From Candidatus Pacearchaeota archaeon (GTDB lineage Archaea > Nanobdellota > Nanobdellia > Pacearchaeales > GW2011-AR1): a DNA stretch of 49,318 nucleotides. Made by a program: the position numbers and the translations under genes. Below the pieces are notes generated by a model. That model had not been told where the DNA came from, made no database searches, and worked only from the letters and a program-made list of their open reading frames with translations. Numbering within the stretch: position 1 is the first letter of the stretch; the number at the start of each line of letters is the position of its first letter. Positions 27,164-36,876 of this stretch are shown here, in pieces. Location: NCBI GenBank assembly GCA_016181885.1, contig JACOYJ010000023.1, positions 1-49,318 on the forward strand, read 5' to 3'.

Positions 27164-30100
27164 TTATGTTCTGCCAACATACCCCCTTCTTGGCTTGAAT
27201 ATTTCTCCCTGCGAGTTTAACTTGTTTATGGCCTCTTCTATTTCATCTTTACTCAGCTTGCCTTCCAGTTCCTGCTCTATCTCATTAATAGGAATCATTT
27301 TTCCAAGCCTGTTTTCCAAATCAATGATTGTATCTCTAACCAGGAATATCTTGCTCCTTTGGGAAGAAGTTATCCCGCTGGTTGCCTTATCTATGTCAAA
27401 AGTCTTGGATTCGTAGTCATAGCCAACCTGCATCAAATAGTACTTAACTAATTCAATTGCATTTTTAGCATCATCCAACGAAACCTTATTTGACAATCTC
27501 AGTTTAGCAGAAGCCTCAGCCATTCTTATAAGAGCCTGGAGCTGCCTGGCAGAAATAGGTATAGGCCTAAGCGCGCTATCAGAACTAATTGGTTTATTCC
27601 TAAGCTCAACATAAAATTTTTTTACCTCTTCAACTGCCTCATCGCTCAAAACTGGCTTGAATCTTTGCTTGGCATATGCAACATATTTCCTGAATAACTC
27701 CCTGTGAATGAGCATGTTCTCTCCTTTTTTCTGATGTTCGAATAAAACATGGGTGGCGATTTTTTCATCTTTTTCTCTGTTGGGAATATCCCTTAATGTG
27801 AAGATAACGTCAAATCTGTTTATTAATGTTGGAGGCAGATCAATTTGCTGCGCAATTGTCTGATAAGGATCAAACCTTCCAAATTTAGGATTTGCGGCAG
27901 CTAAGACTGATGTCTCCGCTCTCAAAGTTGCCTGCACGTTAGCTTTGCTGATTGTGATGGTATTGTGAAGAACTGCTGCTTGAGACACAAAAGCATGATT
28001 TGGCTCTATTGTAATATCATAAACCCATTTTTCGTTTTCATTTTGAATTATTTCTATTCCAGAAACTTTTTCCCACCCAATGTCATTTACCAAACCACTG
28101 ATAAATTCAATGTTCTCTTCATTTTTTAAGGATGGAAGCAGATTTCTTAAAAATTCTGTAGAAAAAGCGAATAAGTCTTTTCTCTTTGAATGATCATATA
28201 TCATGCCGTATTGTTTATATTCTCCAACTTCTTTGATATTTTCACTTTTTATTATGTCAATTATCTTTTCATTAAACCCCAAGGGAACTCTGTTTTTTAC
28301 ATGCCTTTTTATTGTTTTTTCTTTTAAATAATTGTTTACAATTGCATTTTTTCTTTTCGTAACAAATCCTACTTCCTTGCTAAATTTTTCCAGGTTGCTA
28401 TATTCGGTTACTCCAACCCTATAAAATTCCCTATTTTCGGTTATTGAGCTTCTTATTTTAAATCTAAGCAATAGGTCTTGTATTTGCTCTGCAAGCCTTT
28501 TACTTTTTGTTTTGTAACCAACTCTTATTGTCCTATTTTTGACTGATGCGTAGCCGTCTCCTTCAAATAAGGTTGAAAGCATTTTAGCTATGTGCTCTTT
28601 TTTTCCCATCATTATAAATCTAGGAATGTTCTTTTCTCCAGATAGCTTAAGAATTTCAGGCATCGTCTCTTCAAAGAACCTGGCTAGTTGAGAAGAAGTA
28701 TATCTATATGAAAACCTTGCTTTATGGGAGTCGATTTTAAGCTGCTTATAAGGATTAATATTAAATACTTTTTTCATCAAAAACTCAAAATCGTTCAATA
28801 CTTCTTCATTTCCATTAGTAAAGTTAATCCCTATTAATTTTCCCCTATTTTTCTCTCTAGAGCCTTCTGAAATAAGATACCCTACAATTTTAAATAACTC
28901 TCCACAATTTTTCTTGGGTATTGTTGGAATTTGTTTTATCCTTTTGTCTTCAATTTCTTTCATATTTATATTAAAGTACTGCTCTTCTCCCATAATTGGC
29001 AAAAACAAAGGAATTGGAATATCGTCGCCTATTTTTATTTCATCCGCTCTTTTTGTTATTATTTTTCCCCCCCATGCAATAAAAATGGGATGTTCCGGTG
29101 TAACTTTTATTTCCCTTCCATGAGAAAATTTTATTTTCACAAATTTGTCAAATGCTTTGTGTTTACTTATTCTATCCACTTTTGTCTTGTAAACTTGATT
29201 AAAGTCTGTTGTTAAAATCTCCATTTGACCATCTTTTAATATGAAACAATCTTTTCCTTCAACAATTTTATCTTTATTTTTTTCCATGAGCTCTTCAACA
29301 AGCTCTCCAATTTTTTTCTCTTCACCATTTGCAAGAGTTATTAAGGTATCATAGTGATAACATTGTTGCTCCATTGCCTCGTGCATCGCACTTCTGTCAT
29401 TAGGATCCATTTTCTCTAATTCATCTATGCACACAAGTCCCTTATTGGATAAGACCATTGCCCCTGCTTCAAGCGCCCATCCTCTTAAATATTCATCCCT
29501 CACAACAGTAGCTGTAAGCCCTGCTCCAGAAGCGCTTTTTCCAACTACGTATCTTCCTTTAGGAGAAATCTTTGCCATAAAATCTAAAGTAACTGACTTG
29601 GCGACTCCCGGATCTCCAATCAATAAAATATGAATGTCGCCTCTGCTCTTCTGTCCATCAGCATGAACTTTTTCAACTCCCCCAAAGAGCTGCAGTATAA
29701 GAGCTTTTTTTATTTCTTCATAACCCCAGATACTTGGAGTTATGCTCCTAGCCAGCTTGTCAAAGATTTTAGGATCAACTGCCAGCTCAAGAATCTGCTT
29801 CTCATCCTCATCAGAAATATCCAATTCCTCAAAAGTCTCTTCAAGTGGAATTATATTATTTGCTTCTATAGCAAGCTCAAATCTCGTTGATAACCCGCCA
29901 GACTGCAATGGGACAGGAACTTCTTTCAAAACCCCTATTACCTTAACTCTGCTGCCGGGAGTTGTTTTCTCCTCCATCTTAGGCTCGACCAAATCCTCCT
30001 TGACAAAAACATGAATTCTTTTGGGCTGCTCTCCTCCAGAAAGAGATTCAGGAGCTTCTTCAACAACCAGCCTTTGAGTATCAACCATTTCTTTGCTTAG

Positions 30101-30589
30101 TAGTTTAAATCCGCCTCTTCTGCCGCAAGAGCATCGTGAAGGCTCTCGAAATTTCTTTTCAATCTGCAAAACAGACATTATTGTTCCGCAGCTCGGGCAT
30201 TCAAACTTAGCATTTACAACTTGCGGCCTTACATCGCTGGCCTGCCTGATTATTCCTTCGACAACAATCATTTCGTCAAGATTTTTTGAGCGTATATTCC
30301 TAACTTTCATTTCCTGGCTTTTAGGAAGATCGTAAATTCTGACCCGGACATTTGAAACTAATCCCGATTCTTCAATTGCCAGCTCGATTATCGCTAAAGT
30401 TTCTTCCGGATTGGTGATAATTTCTTCAGATAGAATGTTAGAGAACTCTGTTAATTTTAGAAAATCGATGTAAATAATATTATTCCCTTTCCTTAACGAA
30501 TCCCCAAGCTCTTTCTTGTAAGAATCGAAAAAATTCTTAGCCTCAATTATAAGGTCCTCTTTCTTAGGCTTTATAGTTTTCTTGGCCAT
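27164..30589 (-). CDS. mcm: Replicative helicase MCM, extein about 674 aa, interrupted by one intein
   Basis: Zinc ribbon CPSCG...CSCG, Walker A IHILLIGDPGVAKS, Walker B LVCIDELEKMD, and the arginine-finger region SVLAAANP..GRFD. GGAGG lies 8 nt upstream of the ATG at 30589. Confidence 0.95.
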   Translation of the reverse strand: MAKKTIKPKKEDLIIEAKNFFDSYKKELGDSLRKGNNIIYIDFLKLTEFSNILSEEIITNPEETLAIIELAIEESGLVSNVRVRIYDLPKSQEMKVRNIRSKNLDEMIVVEGIIRQASDVRPQVVNAKFECPSCGTIMSVLQIEKKFREPSRCSCGRRGGFKLLSKEMVDTQRLVVEEAPESLSGGEQPKRIHVFVKEDLVEPKMEEKTTPGSRVKVIGVLKEVPVPLQSGGLSTRFELAIEANNIIPLEETFEELDISDEDEKQILELAVDPKIFDKLARSITPSIWGYEEIKKALILQLFGGVEKVHADGQKSRGDIHILLIGDPGVAKSVTLDFMAKISPKGRYVVGKSASGAGLTATVVRDEYLRGWALEAGAMVLSNKGLVCIDELEKMDPNDRSAMHEAMEQQCYHYDTLITLANGEEKKIGELVEELMEKNKDKIVEGKDCFILKDGQMEILTTDFNQVYKTKVDRISKHKAFDKFVKIKFSHGREIKVTPEHPIFIAWGGKIITKRADEIKIGDDIPIPLFLPIMGEEQYFNINMKEIEDKRIKQIPTIPKKNCGELFKIVGYLISEGSREKNRGKLIGINFTNGNEEVLNDFEFLMKKVFNINPYKQLKIDSHKARFSYRYTSSQLARFFEETMPEILKLSGEKNIPRFIMMGKKEHIAKMLSTLFEGDGYASVKNRTIRVGYKTKSKRLAEQIQDLLLRFKIRSSITENREFYRVGVTEYSNLEKFSKEVGFVTKRKNAIVNNYLKEKTIKRHVKNRVPLGFNEKIIDIIKSENIKEVGEYKQYGMIYDHSKRKDLFAFSTEFLRNLLPSLKNEENIEFISGLVNDIGWEKVSGIEIIQNENEKWVYDITIEPNHAFVSQAAVLHNTITISKANVQATLRAETSVLAAANPKFGRFDPYQTIAQQIDLPPTLINRFDVIFTLRDIPNREKDEKIATHVLFEHQKKGENMLIHRELFRKYVAYAKQRFKPVLSDEAVEEVKKFYVELRNKPISSDSALRPIPISARQLQALIRMAEASAKLRLSNKVSLDDAKNAIELVKYYLMQVGYDYESKTFDIDKATSGITSSQRSKIFLVRDTIIDLENRLGKMIPINEIEQELEGKLSKDEIEEAINKLNSQGEIFKPRRGYVGRT
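27962..29362 (-). mobile_element. MCM intein (467 aa) with a LAGLIDADG homing-endonuclease domain
   Basis: The host motif EAMEQQ|TITISKA is split. The insert starts CYHYDTLITL and ends AAVLHN, followed by T. LAGLIDADG blocks are IVGYLISEGS and LSTLFEGDGYAS. Confidence 0.9.
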
Positions 30590-30601
30590 TATAAAAACCT
30601 C

Positions 30602-30846
30602 CAGCGGGTTTTTAGATTCCAGCATCCAGCAGAGCCTTCTCGATGCCTCTGATTGGCTCTGACAAAAAACCGGAATTTTATGAATCCAGCAACTGAAGAC
30701 AACCTACGGTTTTCTCCGATTCGGCCGTTGGACGATGGTATTTGATGGACGAATCTTGTCCACATCCAACAACCTCTCACACACTTTCCCTTAATTTGCC
30801 TCAGATAGATTCTATTAATTCCCATAGAACTCAAAAATAGCCCTGC
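30602..30846. ncRNA. Candidate structured RNA or leader in a G+C-enriched non-coding block. Identity and strand unresolved.
   Basis: About 48% G+C over 30601-30780 by hand count, against about 30% in the flanks. The ends are complementary (GCGGGTTTTT ... AAAAA-TAG-CCC). Internal stems: AGAGCC/GGCTCT (30632-30660), TGGAC/GTCCA (30746-30762), CCG-ATT-CGG (30716-30724). The only ORF here is W/R/C-rich and looks non-protein-like. Confidence 0.25.
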
Positions 30847-30899
30847 TTTTTATAGATTTATGTCCATTTTTTTGTAGTTTTTTAGATACAGAATTATTT

Positions 30900-31523
30900 T
30901 TAAGTAGTAATTTTCTTTTTGTTCAGATACTCAAGTATTGGCGGAATTACCGAGATTAGTATTATTACTATTACAATAAGCATAAGGTTATCCTGCACAA
31001 AAGGAATCTCTCCGAATAGGTAACCAGAAAAGAGGAATACTCCGACCCAGATAACGCCTCCGGTGATATTGTATATGAAAAATTTCTTATAATCCATTTT
31101 TCCAACGCCGGCAACGAACGGCGCAATAGTTCTTAATATCGGCATAAATCTGGCAATTATTATTGTTTTAACTCCATATTTCTTGTAAAAATTTTCAGTT
31201 TTCTGCAGATGTTCTCTTTTTATTAATTTAGAGTTTGAAAAAAATCTTTTCCCGAAATAACTTCCAATCCAATAATTTACCGAGTCTCCAATTATTGCCG
31301 CTCCTGCAAGAATTACAAAAAGCAGGAGGACGTTCAGGTAGCCTTTGCCGGCGAAAGTTCCGATTATAAAAATTAAAGAATCGCCTGGGAGGAAAGGGGC
31401 TATTACTAATCCGGTTTCTGTAAAAATTATCAAGAATAAAATGAGGTATGTTGAAACTCCGTATGTTTGGATTATTTCTCCAATATATTTATCAAGATGG
31501 AGGAGGAAATCAGCGATTGCCAT
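30900..31523 (-). CDS. dedA: DedA/VTT-family membrane protein
   Basis: TGLVIAPFLPGDSLIFIIG, YGVKTIIIARFMPILRTIAPFVAGV; about 200 aa. Confidence 0.8.
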   Translation of the reverse strand: MAIADFLLHLDKYIGEIIQTYGVSTYLILFLIIFTETGLVIAPFLPGDSLIFIIGTFAGKGYLNVLLLFVILAGAAIIGDSVNYWIGSYFGKRFFSNSKLIKREHLQKTENFYKKYGVKTIIIARFMPILRTIAPFVAGVGKMDYKKFFIYNITGGVIWVGVFLFSGYLFGEIPFVQDNLMLIVIVIILISVIPPILEYLNKKKITT

Positions 31524-31820
31524 GAGTTAGAGAAAGAATTTGAGTTTATATGAGTTTTTGTTATATGATTATTAACATAAATCCTATGATAGATAATAAT
31601 AAAGAAAGTCTAATATTCCAAATTAATTTAGTCAGTTTTCTATCTTTAGGTTTATCATTGATTTTCCTAAAGTCAATATTGATAAAACCCTTTCTTTACT
31701 GGATTTTTTATATTTTATCCAAATAGTATAACTTTAATAATATTGCAGAATTAAGTACTATGCAAGTCCTATCATGGTTATTGTTTCACCAAATATTCTT
31801 TGTCTGTTTCATTTCCATAA

Positions 31821-32390
31821 TTACTTCTCGTAATTTTTCAGCGCAGTCTTAACATTTTTTAAAAGCTGGGTCATTGAATCTTCAAGCTGCTGTTTGTTTT
31901 TTGTTCCTGTACAGACAAGTTTCCCGTTGCTGAAAAGAAGAAAAGTTGCGGTTGGAGAAACAAGCTTGTAAACCAATCCTGGAAACTGTTCAGGCTCATA
32001 CTCTGTATTTTCCATTTCCAAAGCCAAAAAATTCAAATTCAATTTTAAGTCAATTGAACCAGAAGCAACTATATTCTGCACGGTTATCTTTGGTTTTGCT
32101 GTAATGTTAACGTTAATCTTCCTAAGCTGTTTTATAACTGCCTGAATTACCTGCTTTACCTGGGCAATAGATTTTGTTCCAGTGCATACAAGATTCCCAG
32201 AACTGAATACAAGAACTGCTGACTTAGGCTCTTTTATTCTCAATACAAGTCCGGGAAAAGTCTCTGGATTATATTCTGTATTTGGCTGTGTTCTAGCCAA
32301 TTTTGTCAACGGCACTGGCTTTTCTAAAGAAGTTGTAGCAACAATGTTCTGAATTTTGTAGTCGCTTTTTGTTCCTGCCATTTTAAACAC
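31821..32390 (-). CDS. tbp: TATA-box binding protein
   Basis: Two direct TBP repeats: IQNIVATTSLE...FPGLVLRIKEPKSAVLVFSSGNLVCTG and VQNIVASGSID...FPGLVYKLVSPTATFLLFSNGKLVCTG. Confidence 0.95.
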   Translation of the reverse strand: MFKMAGTKSDYKIQNIVATTSLEKPVPLTKLARTQPNTEYNPETFPGLVLRIKEPKSAVLVFSSGNLVCTGTKSIAQVKQVIQAVIKQLRKINVNITAKPKITVQNIVASGSIDLKLNLNFLALEMENTEYEPEQFPGLVYKLVSPTATFLLFSNGKLVCTGTKNKQQLEDSMTQLLKNVKTALKNYEK

Positions 32391-32560
32391 ATACGGTTTT
32401 TATGCTTGAGCCCACACATTTTTGGATTATTAGTGTAAGCTCTCGTCCCTCAAGCGATTTTCTTTCTGCATCTTGAGGAAAATCTTTATCCCATATCTAT
32501 TTATAAACACTGCGAGGATGGTTTATAAAGGTTTTTAAATGAATTTCGGTCTTAAATTTT

Positions 32561-33127
32561 ATGAAAAGATGTCCTTGGCCCGGCAACAATCTTCTTATGA
32601 TTAAGTATCATGATGAGGAATGGGGCGTGCCTTTGCATGATGATAAGAAGATATTTGAGTTTTTTGTCCTTGACACTTTTCAAGCTGGCTTGAGCTGGGA
32701 AATTGTTTTAAAAAAGAGAGAAGGCTTTAGAAAAGCGTTTGACAATTTTGACTTCAGAAAAATTGCCAAATATACAGAGAAAGATTTTGAAAGGCTTAGA
32801 AATGACGAAAGAATAATAAGAAACCGGGCTAAAATAAGGGCAACAATAGTCAATGCCAAGAGATTTTTAGAAGTTAAAAAAGATTACGGAAGCTTTGGCA
32901 AATACATTTGGCAATTTGTTAATAACAAGCCTATAAAGAATAAATGGAAAAACATTAAAGAACTCCCGACAACTTCAATGGAATCTGATGCTATGAGCAT
33001 TGATTTAAAAAAACGCGGGTTCAAATTTGCGGGAAGCACTATTTGCTACGCCTTTATGCAGGCTGCAGGAATGGTTAATGATCATTTAACTGGCTGTTTT
33101 AGATATAAAGAAATCAGCGATTCATGA
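32561..33127 (+). CDS. tag: DNA-3-methyladenine glycosylase I
   Basis: YHDEEWGVPLHDDKKIFEFFVLDTFQAGLSWEIVLKKRE, plus the C-terminal CYAFMQAAGMVNDH zinc-snap context. Confidence 0.9.
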   Translation: MKRCPWPGNNLLMIKYHDEEWGVPLHDDKKIFEFFVLDTFQAGLSWEIVLKKREGFRKAFDNFDFRKIAKYTEKDFERLRNDERIIRNRAKIRATIVNAKRFLEVKKDYGSFGKYIWQFVNNKPIKNKWKNIKELPTTSMESDAMSIDLKKRGFKFAGSTICYAFMQAAGMVNDHLTGCFRYKEISDS

Positions 33128-33191
33128 ATTTTTTATTAATATCAAAAATCTATTTTCAAGTATAGAAGTGTTTATTTAGTCCTTTCAGTTT

Positions 33192-33512
33192 GTGTGTTTT
33201 ATGGAAAAGCAGACATTTTCCAGGAACGAAATCCATGGAGGCATAGGCGAATGGGGGCATTCTTCTATAACTAGAAAAGTTCACGCTGGAGATTTAGTTG
33301 AGCTTCTTGTTGATGGAAAATTCTTTCAAAGACATGATAATGAATACGAGAGATATACTGGATACATTACATTAATTAGTGATTTTAGTATAGGTTTATC
33401 TCCAACACATACTGCTAATAAATGCCACGGATATGCAGATAGAAAAGCTTGCCATAACCAAACCATAGTAAATATAGAAACATGTTTTGTAAGAAAATAT
33501 AGAATTATTTAA
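33192..33512 (+). CDS. Hypothetical protein
   Basis: ORF with a GTG start. No motif recognised. Confidence 0.25.
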   Translation: MCFMEKQTFSRNEIHGGIGEWGHSSITRKVHAGDLVELLVDGKFFQRHDNEYERYTGYITLISDFSIGLSPTHTANKCHGYADRKACHNQTIVNIETCFVRKYRII

Positions 33513-33532
33513 TTATAATTAATTTTTTTCAT

Positions 33533-33967
33533 TCAATAACTTTTCTTAAATCTTTTTATGATAATCCAAACAGCTCCTACAATGAAAATTATTGTTACAG
33601 CAACTATAAAATAAAATATCCATGAGAAATCTCTCTGAAATTCACAAGTTTGTATCTCTTCAGGTTTGCCATCAATTTTTCCGCAATTATTGGAATCTGC
33701 GCACCCCCTAATTTGCGTTTGGTTTTCTGGGCATCTTTCCGGAGTCCATTCAGAACAAGTCCAGTTTGCATTGCATATTGCCCCGCAAAATTGCTCTTCT
33801 AAGGGTTTGCTGGTTTCATCAGCGCATGCGTTGAAATCAATGCAGTTTCTTATTTGAGTGTTGTTTATGCAGGGGCTCCACAAGCTGCACTGCCAATCAG
33901 GATTGCATGTTGCTGACGAGGCCAGTGGAATGAGAAATAAAAATAGGAATACTATTTGGTAATTCAT
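33533..33967 (-). CDS. Secreted Cys-rich protein with two tandem W-x-C-S-x-W modules and a C-terminal TM anchor
   Basis: Signal peptide, then CNPDWQCSLWSPCINNTQIRNCIDFNAC and CNANWTCSEWTPERCPENQTQIRGCADSNNC, then a hydrophobic tail. Confidence 0.5.
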   Translation of the reverse strand: MNYQIVFLFLFLIPLASSATCNPDWQCSLWSPCINNTQIRNCIDFNACADETSKPLEEQFCGAICNANWTCSEWTPERCPENQTQIRGCADSNNCGKIDGKPEEIQTCEFQRDFSWIFYFIVAVTIIFIVGAVWIIIKRFKKSY

Positions 33968-34104
33968 TTACTTTCAAATCAAAGGAAATTTATAAATGTT
34001 TTAATTTTCAATAAATCTATAAACTCTGATTCTTATTTAATTTGAGCGGGAAAATTAAAATTTCGCATAAATTCATTTAACTCACAAAGATATAGGTGAA
34101 AATA

Positions 34105-35601
34105 ATGAAGGATAAGTTTGTTCTTGATGAATCGTCAAAAAAGGGGATTGCGCTGACTTTTGATGATGTCAGGCTAAGAACCGGGTATTCTGAAGTTTTG
34201 CCAGATAATGTTGATATAGGCTCTCGCTTTTCCAGAAATGTTTCTTTGAAAGCCCCCATAGTTAGTGCGGCGATGGATACTGTGACTGAATATAAAATGG
34301 CTATTCAGATTGCAAAACTTGGGGGGATAGGAGTCATACACAGAAATTTGAGCGTTGAGGAGCAGGCATTTAATGTATCCAAGGTTAAACATCATCTTAA
34401 TGGGTTAATAGAAAAACCAGTTTGTGTATTTGAGAATGATTCTATTAAATCCATTTTTGACAGGATAGAAGAGAAGAAATTTACCTTTAGAAGTTTTCCA
34501 GTTCTTAATAATGAATTAAAAATAGTTGGATTGATAACCCGAAATGATTTTGACTTCTGCGACAGCTTAGATTGCAGCGCGAAGGATATTATGTCAATAG
34601 ATTTGTTAACTGCTCCCCAAGAAACAACTGTTGAGGAGGCATTTGTTATAATGAAAAAAGAGAAAAAGAAAGTATTGCCTTTAATTGATGGAAATGGTTT
34701 TCTTGCAGGAATGTATTCTTTTAGCGATGTTAAAAGAGTTAAGACTGGAGCTCTTTCCAGCTACAATTTAGATAGTAAAGGAAGATTAAGAGTTGCTGCG
34801 GCAGTCGGGGTTGGCGAAGAGGCGCTAAGAAGAGTCAGGGCGCTTGTCGAAAAAGATGTCGATGTTATCGTTATAGATACTGCGCATGGAGACACGAAAT
34901 TAGTTATAGATACTTTAAAGAAAATAAAAAGTGAATTTGCTGTTGACGTTGTTGTTGGAAATGTCTCTGTTGGCGAATCTGCGAGGAGGCTTGCTGAGGC
35001 AGGAGCTGATGGAATAAAAGTAGGGCAGGGAGGAGGGTCTATATGCACTACAAGGATTATTGCAGGAATAGGGAGGCCTCAAGTTTCCGCGATTTATGAT
35101 TGCGCTAAAGCCGTTGAGAGCTTTGGAATTCCCATTTGTGCCGACGGGGGATTAAGGCATTCTGGAGATATTCCCATAGCTATTGCTGCAGGAGCACATT
35201 CTGTCATGATGGGAAGCATGCTTGCTGGAACCGAAGAAGCTCCCGGAGAAGTTGTTTTTTATCAGGGAAGAAAGTGGAAAGTTTACAGGGGAATGGGGTC
35301 TTTGGAAGCAATGAAGTCCAATGAATCTTCAAGAGAGAGATATCTTCAAGGCGAAGGAAAAAAACAAATCATTCCTGAAGGCGTTGAGGGCCTTGTTCCA
35401 TGTAAGGGAAATGTTGAGGAAACAATCTTCCAATATCTTGGTGGTTTGAGGAGGGGAATGGGTTATGCAGGGGCCAATACCATTGAAGAATTAAGGGAAA
35501 AAGGAGAGTTTGATCAGATTAGCTTGGCAGGAATTCAAGAATCTCATACTCACGATGTTTTGATCACAAAAGATTCGCCTAACTATACCAAAGAGATTTA
35601 A
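34105..35601 (+). CDS. guaB: IMP dehydrogenase with a CBS pair
   Basis: The catalytic loop [39 protein letters not shown], and a CBS insert between residues about 95 and 215. Confidence 0.95.
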   Translation: MKDKFVLDESSKKGIALTFDDVRLRTGYSEVLPDNVDIGSRFSRNVSLKAPIVSAAMDTVTEYKMAIQIAKLGGIGVIHRNLSVEEQAFNVSKVKHHLNGLIEKPVCVFENDSIKSIFDRIEEKKFTFRSFPVLNNELKIVGLITRNDFDFCDSLDCSAKDIMSIDLLTAPQETTVEEAFVIMKKEKKKVLPLIDGNGFLAGMYSFSDVKRVKTGALSSYNLDSKGRLRVAAAVGVGEEALRRVRALVEKDVDVIVIDTAHGDTKLVIDTLKKIKSEFAVDVVVGNVSVGESARRLAEAGADGIKVGQGGGSICTTRIIAGIGRPQVSAIYDCAKAVESFGIPICADGGLRHSGDIPIAIAAGAHSVMMGSMLAGTEEAPGEVVFYQGRKWKVYRGMGSLEAMKSNESSRERYLQGEGKKQIIPEGVEGLVPCKGNVEETIFQYLGGLRRGMGYAGANTIEELREKGEFDQISLAGIQESHTHDVLITKDSPNYTKEI

Positions 35602-35619
35602 ACACGAAAATTGCCAAAA

Positions 35620-36138
35620 TTAAAATTCCTTTTTTATTTCTCTGAGGCCTTTAATCACATAATCTGTTCCAGATACGACACTTAACAATGCAGCTGCCCC
35701 CAACAGAATTGTTCCTAGATTTATTTCCAGAATTATCAATATTAATGAAATCATTTCTATAGTGGTTTTTATTTTTCCCAGAATACTCACTCCGATTATT
35801 TTTCTGTATTCAAGCGCTAAAGCCCTTACACCAGAAACGATTATGTCCCTTGATATTAAAATTAGGGCCATCCAATGGGGGATTCCGTTTCCAACGTAGA
35901 GAATAATTACCGCTATCGTGATTAGTTTATCTGCGATTGGGTCCAATAGTGCTCCTGACTTTGTTACCTTCTTGTTCTTTCTGGCCAAGTAACCATCGAG
36001 GAAATCACTTAAAGCCATTATTGCAAACAAAATTGCAAGAATTATCTTTTTATTAGGATTTTCAAGAAAATAAAATAAAGTTATGAACACCGGAATTAGT
36101 AAAATTCTTGAAATTGTTATTCGATTAGGGAGGTTCAT
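35620..36138 (-). CDS. CDP-alcohol phosphatidyltransferase
   Basis: DFLDGYLARKNKKVTKSGALLDPIADK matches the D-x2-DG-x2-AR-x8-G-x3-D-x3-D signature. Confidence 0.85.
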   Translation of the reverse strand: MNLPNRITISRILLIPVFITLFYFLENPNKKIILAILFAIMALSDFLDGYLARKNKKVTKSGALLDPIADKLITIAVIILYVGNGIPHWMALILISRDIIVSGVRALALEYRKIIGVSILGKIKTTIEMISLILIILEINLGTILLGAAALLSVVSGTDYVIKGLREIKKEF

Positions 36139-36268
36139 TTTAAAACCGGTGGTTTTATATCTCTAACGCAACTTTTCTTCTGCTCGGCCATTGGAAATCG
36201 ATATTGATTTAATGTTTGCCTCATTCCAATAACCTCGATCTCCGCTGAAAGCCTATACAAAACTTAAT

Positions 36269-36745
36269 TTATTTGTTGATAGGTTTAGCTACGATTTCAA
36301 TATGGCTTGGGGAATTTTCTGTTAAAACTTTACAAAAGCCACCATGAGTACATTCTCCCCATAAAAATCTATCTGGCTCTTTGATTATCCCTTCTCTATA
36401 AATATTTGTTGTAACATAATAACCTCTTTCAGAATTAATAGTTTTATCATTTTCATAAAACTGAAATTGTAAGCGATTTTCAGTACCTTTTTGATGAGAA
36501 ATTGTCAATGATATTGAATCAAATTTGTCTGCAGAAGCGTCAGCAAGATTTTGGTCATATTCAAATAAGACTATCTCGGCTATTGCATTTTGAAACGATT
36601 CCAATTCTTCTGAAACAACCAAAGAACCATCAAATAAGATGTTTCTTGATTTTATAGAATCTGGTTTGTTTAATAAATATATTGCAAAAAAAGAAACTAT
36701 TATTAATACTATTACGATCACAGTTAATAATATTTTATTTTTCAT
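36269..36745 (-). CDS. Hypothetical protein with an N-terminal membrane anchor
   Basis: ORF with an N-terminal TM segment (ILLTVIVIVLIIVSFFAIYLL). Confidence 0.35.
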   Translation of the reverse strand: MKNKILLTVIVIVLIIVSFFAIYLLNKPDSIKSRNILFDGSLVVSEELESFQNAIAEIVLFEYDQNLADASADKFDSISLTISHQKGTENRLQFQFYENDKTINSERGYYVTTNIYREGIIKEPDRFLWGECTHGGFCKVLTENSPSHIEIVAKPINK

Positions 36746-36876
36746 AAAATTATAATGCTTATTTTATTTATAAAGATTTGTAAAGCTTAAGTTTCCTTCT
36801 GAAAAACCAACGCGGTCTTAATTAAAGTTGAGGCGTTTTTCCTAAAAAAACGGCGTTGGTTTTTTGTATTATGTAA

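Noticed and set aside
27195-30335. Numerous 60-95-aa ORFs on the + strand inside mcm (for example 28931-29215, 29742-30014, 30093-30335). Similar antisense ORFs lie inside ftsZ, lig, guaB, the Z1 gene and mnmA.
   Set aside because: They are antisense to strongly supported genes. Their composition is Ser/Leu/Phe/Ile-rich, as expected from reverse-complemented AT-rich coding sequence, and they carry no motifs.
30589-30834. An 81-aa minus-strand ORF upstream of mcm.
   Set aside because: The W/R/C/G-rich composition looks unlike a protein and there is no RBS. The region is better explained as G+C-rich non-coding or structured RNA. The mcm start at 30589 has a well-spaced GGAGG.
30602-30846. Naming the G+C-rich block as SRP RNA or RNase P RNA.
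   Set aside because: I could not find the GGAA/AGCA helix-8 arrangement or a GAGGAAAGUCC / ACAxAA..GGCUUA P4 pair on either strand. It stays an unnamed candidate only.
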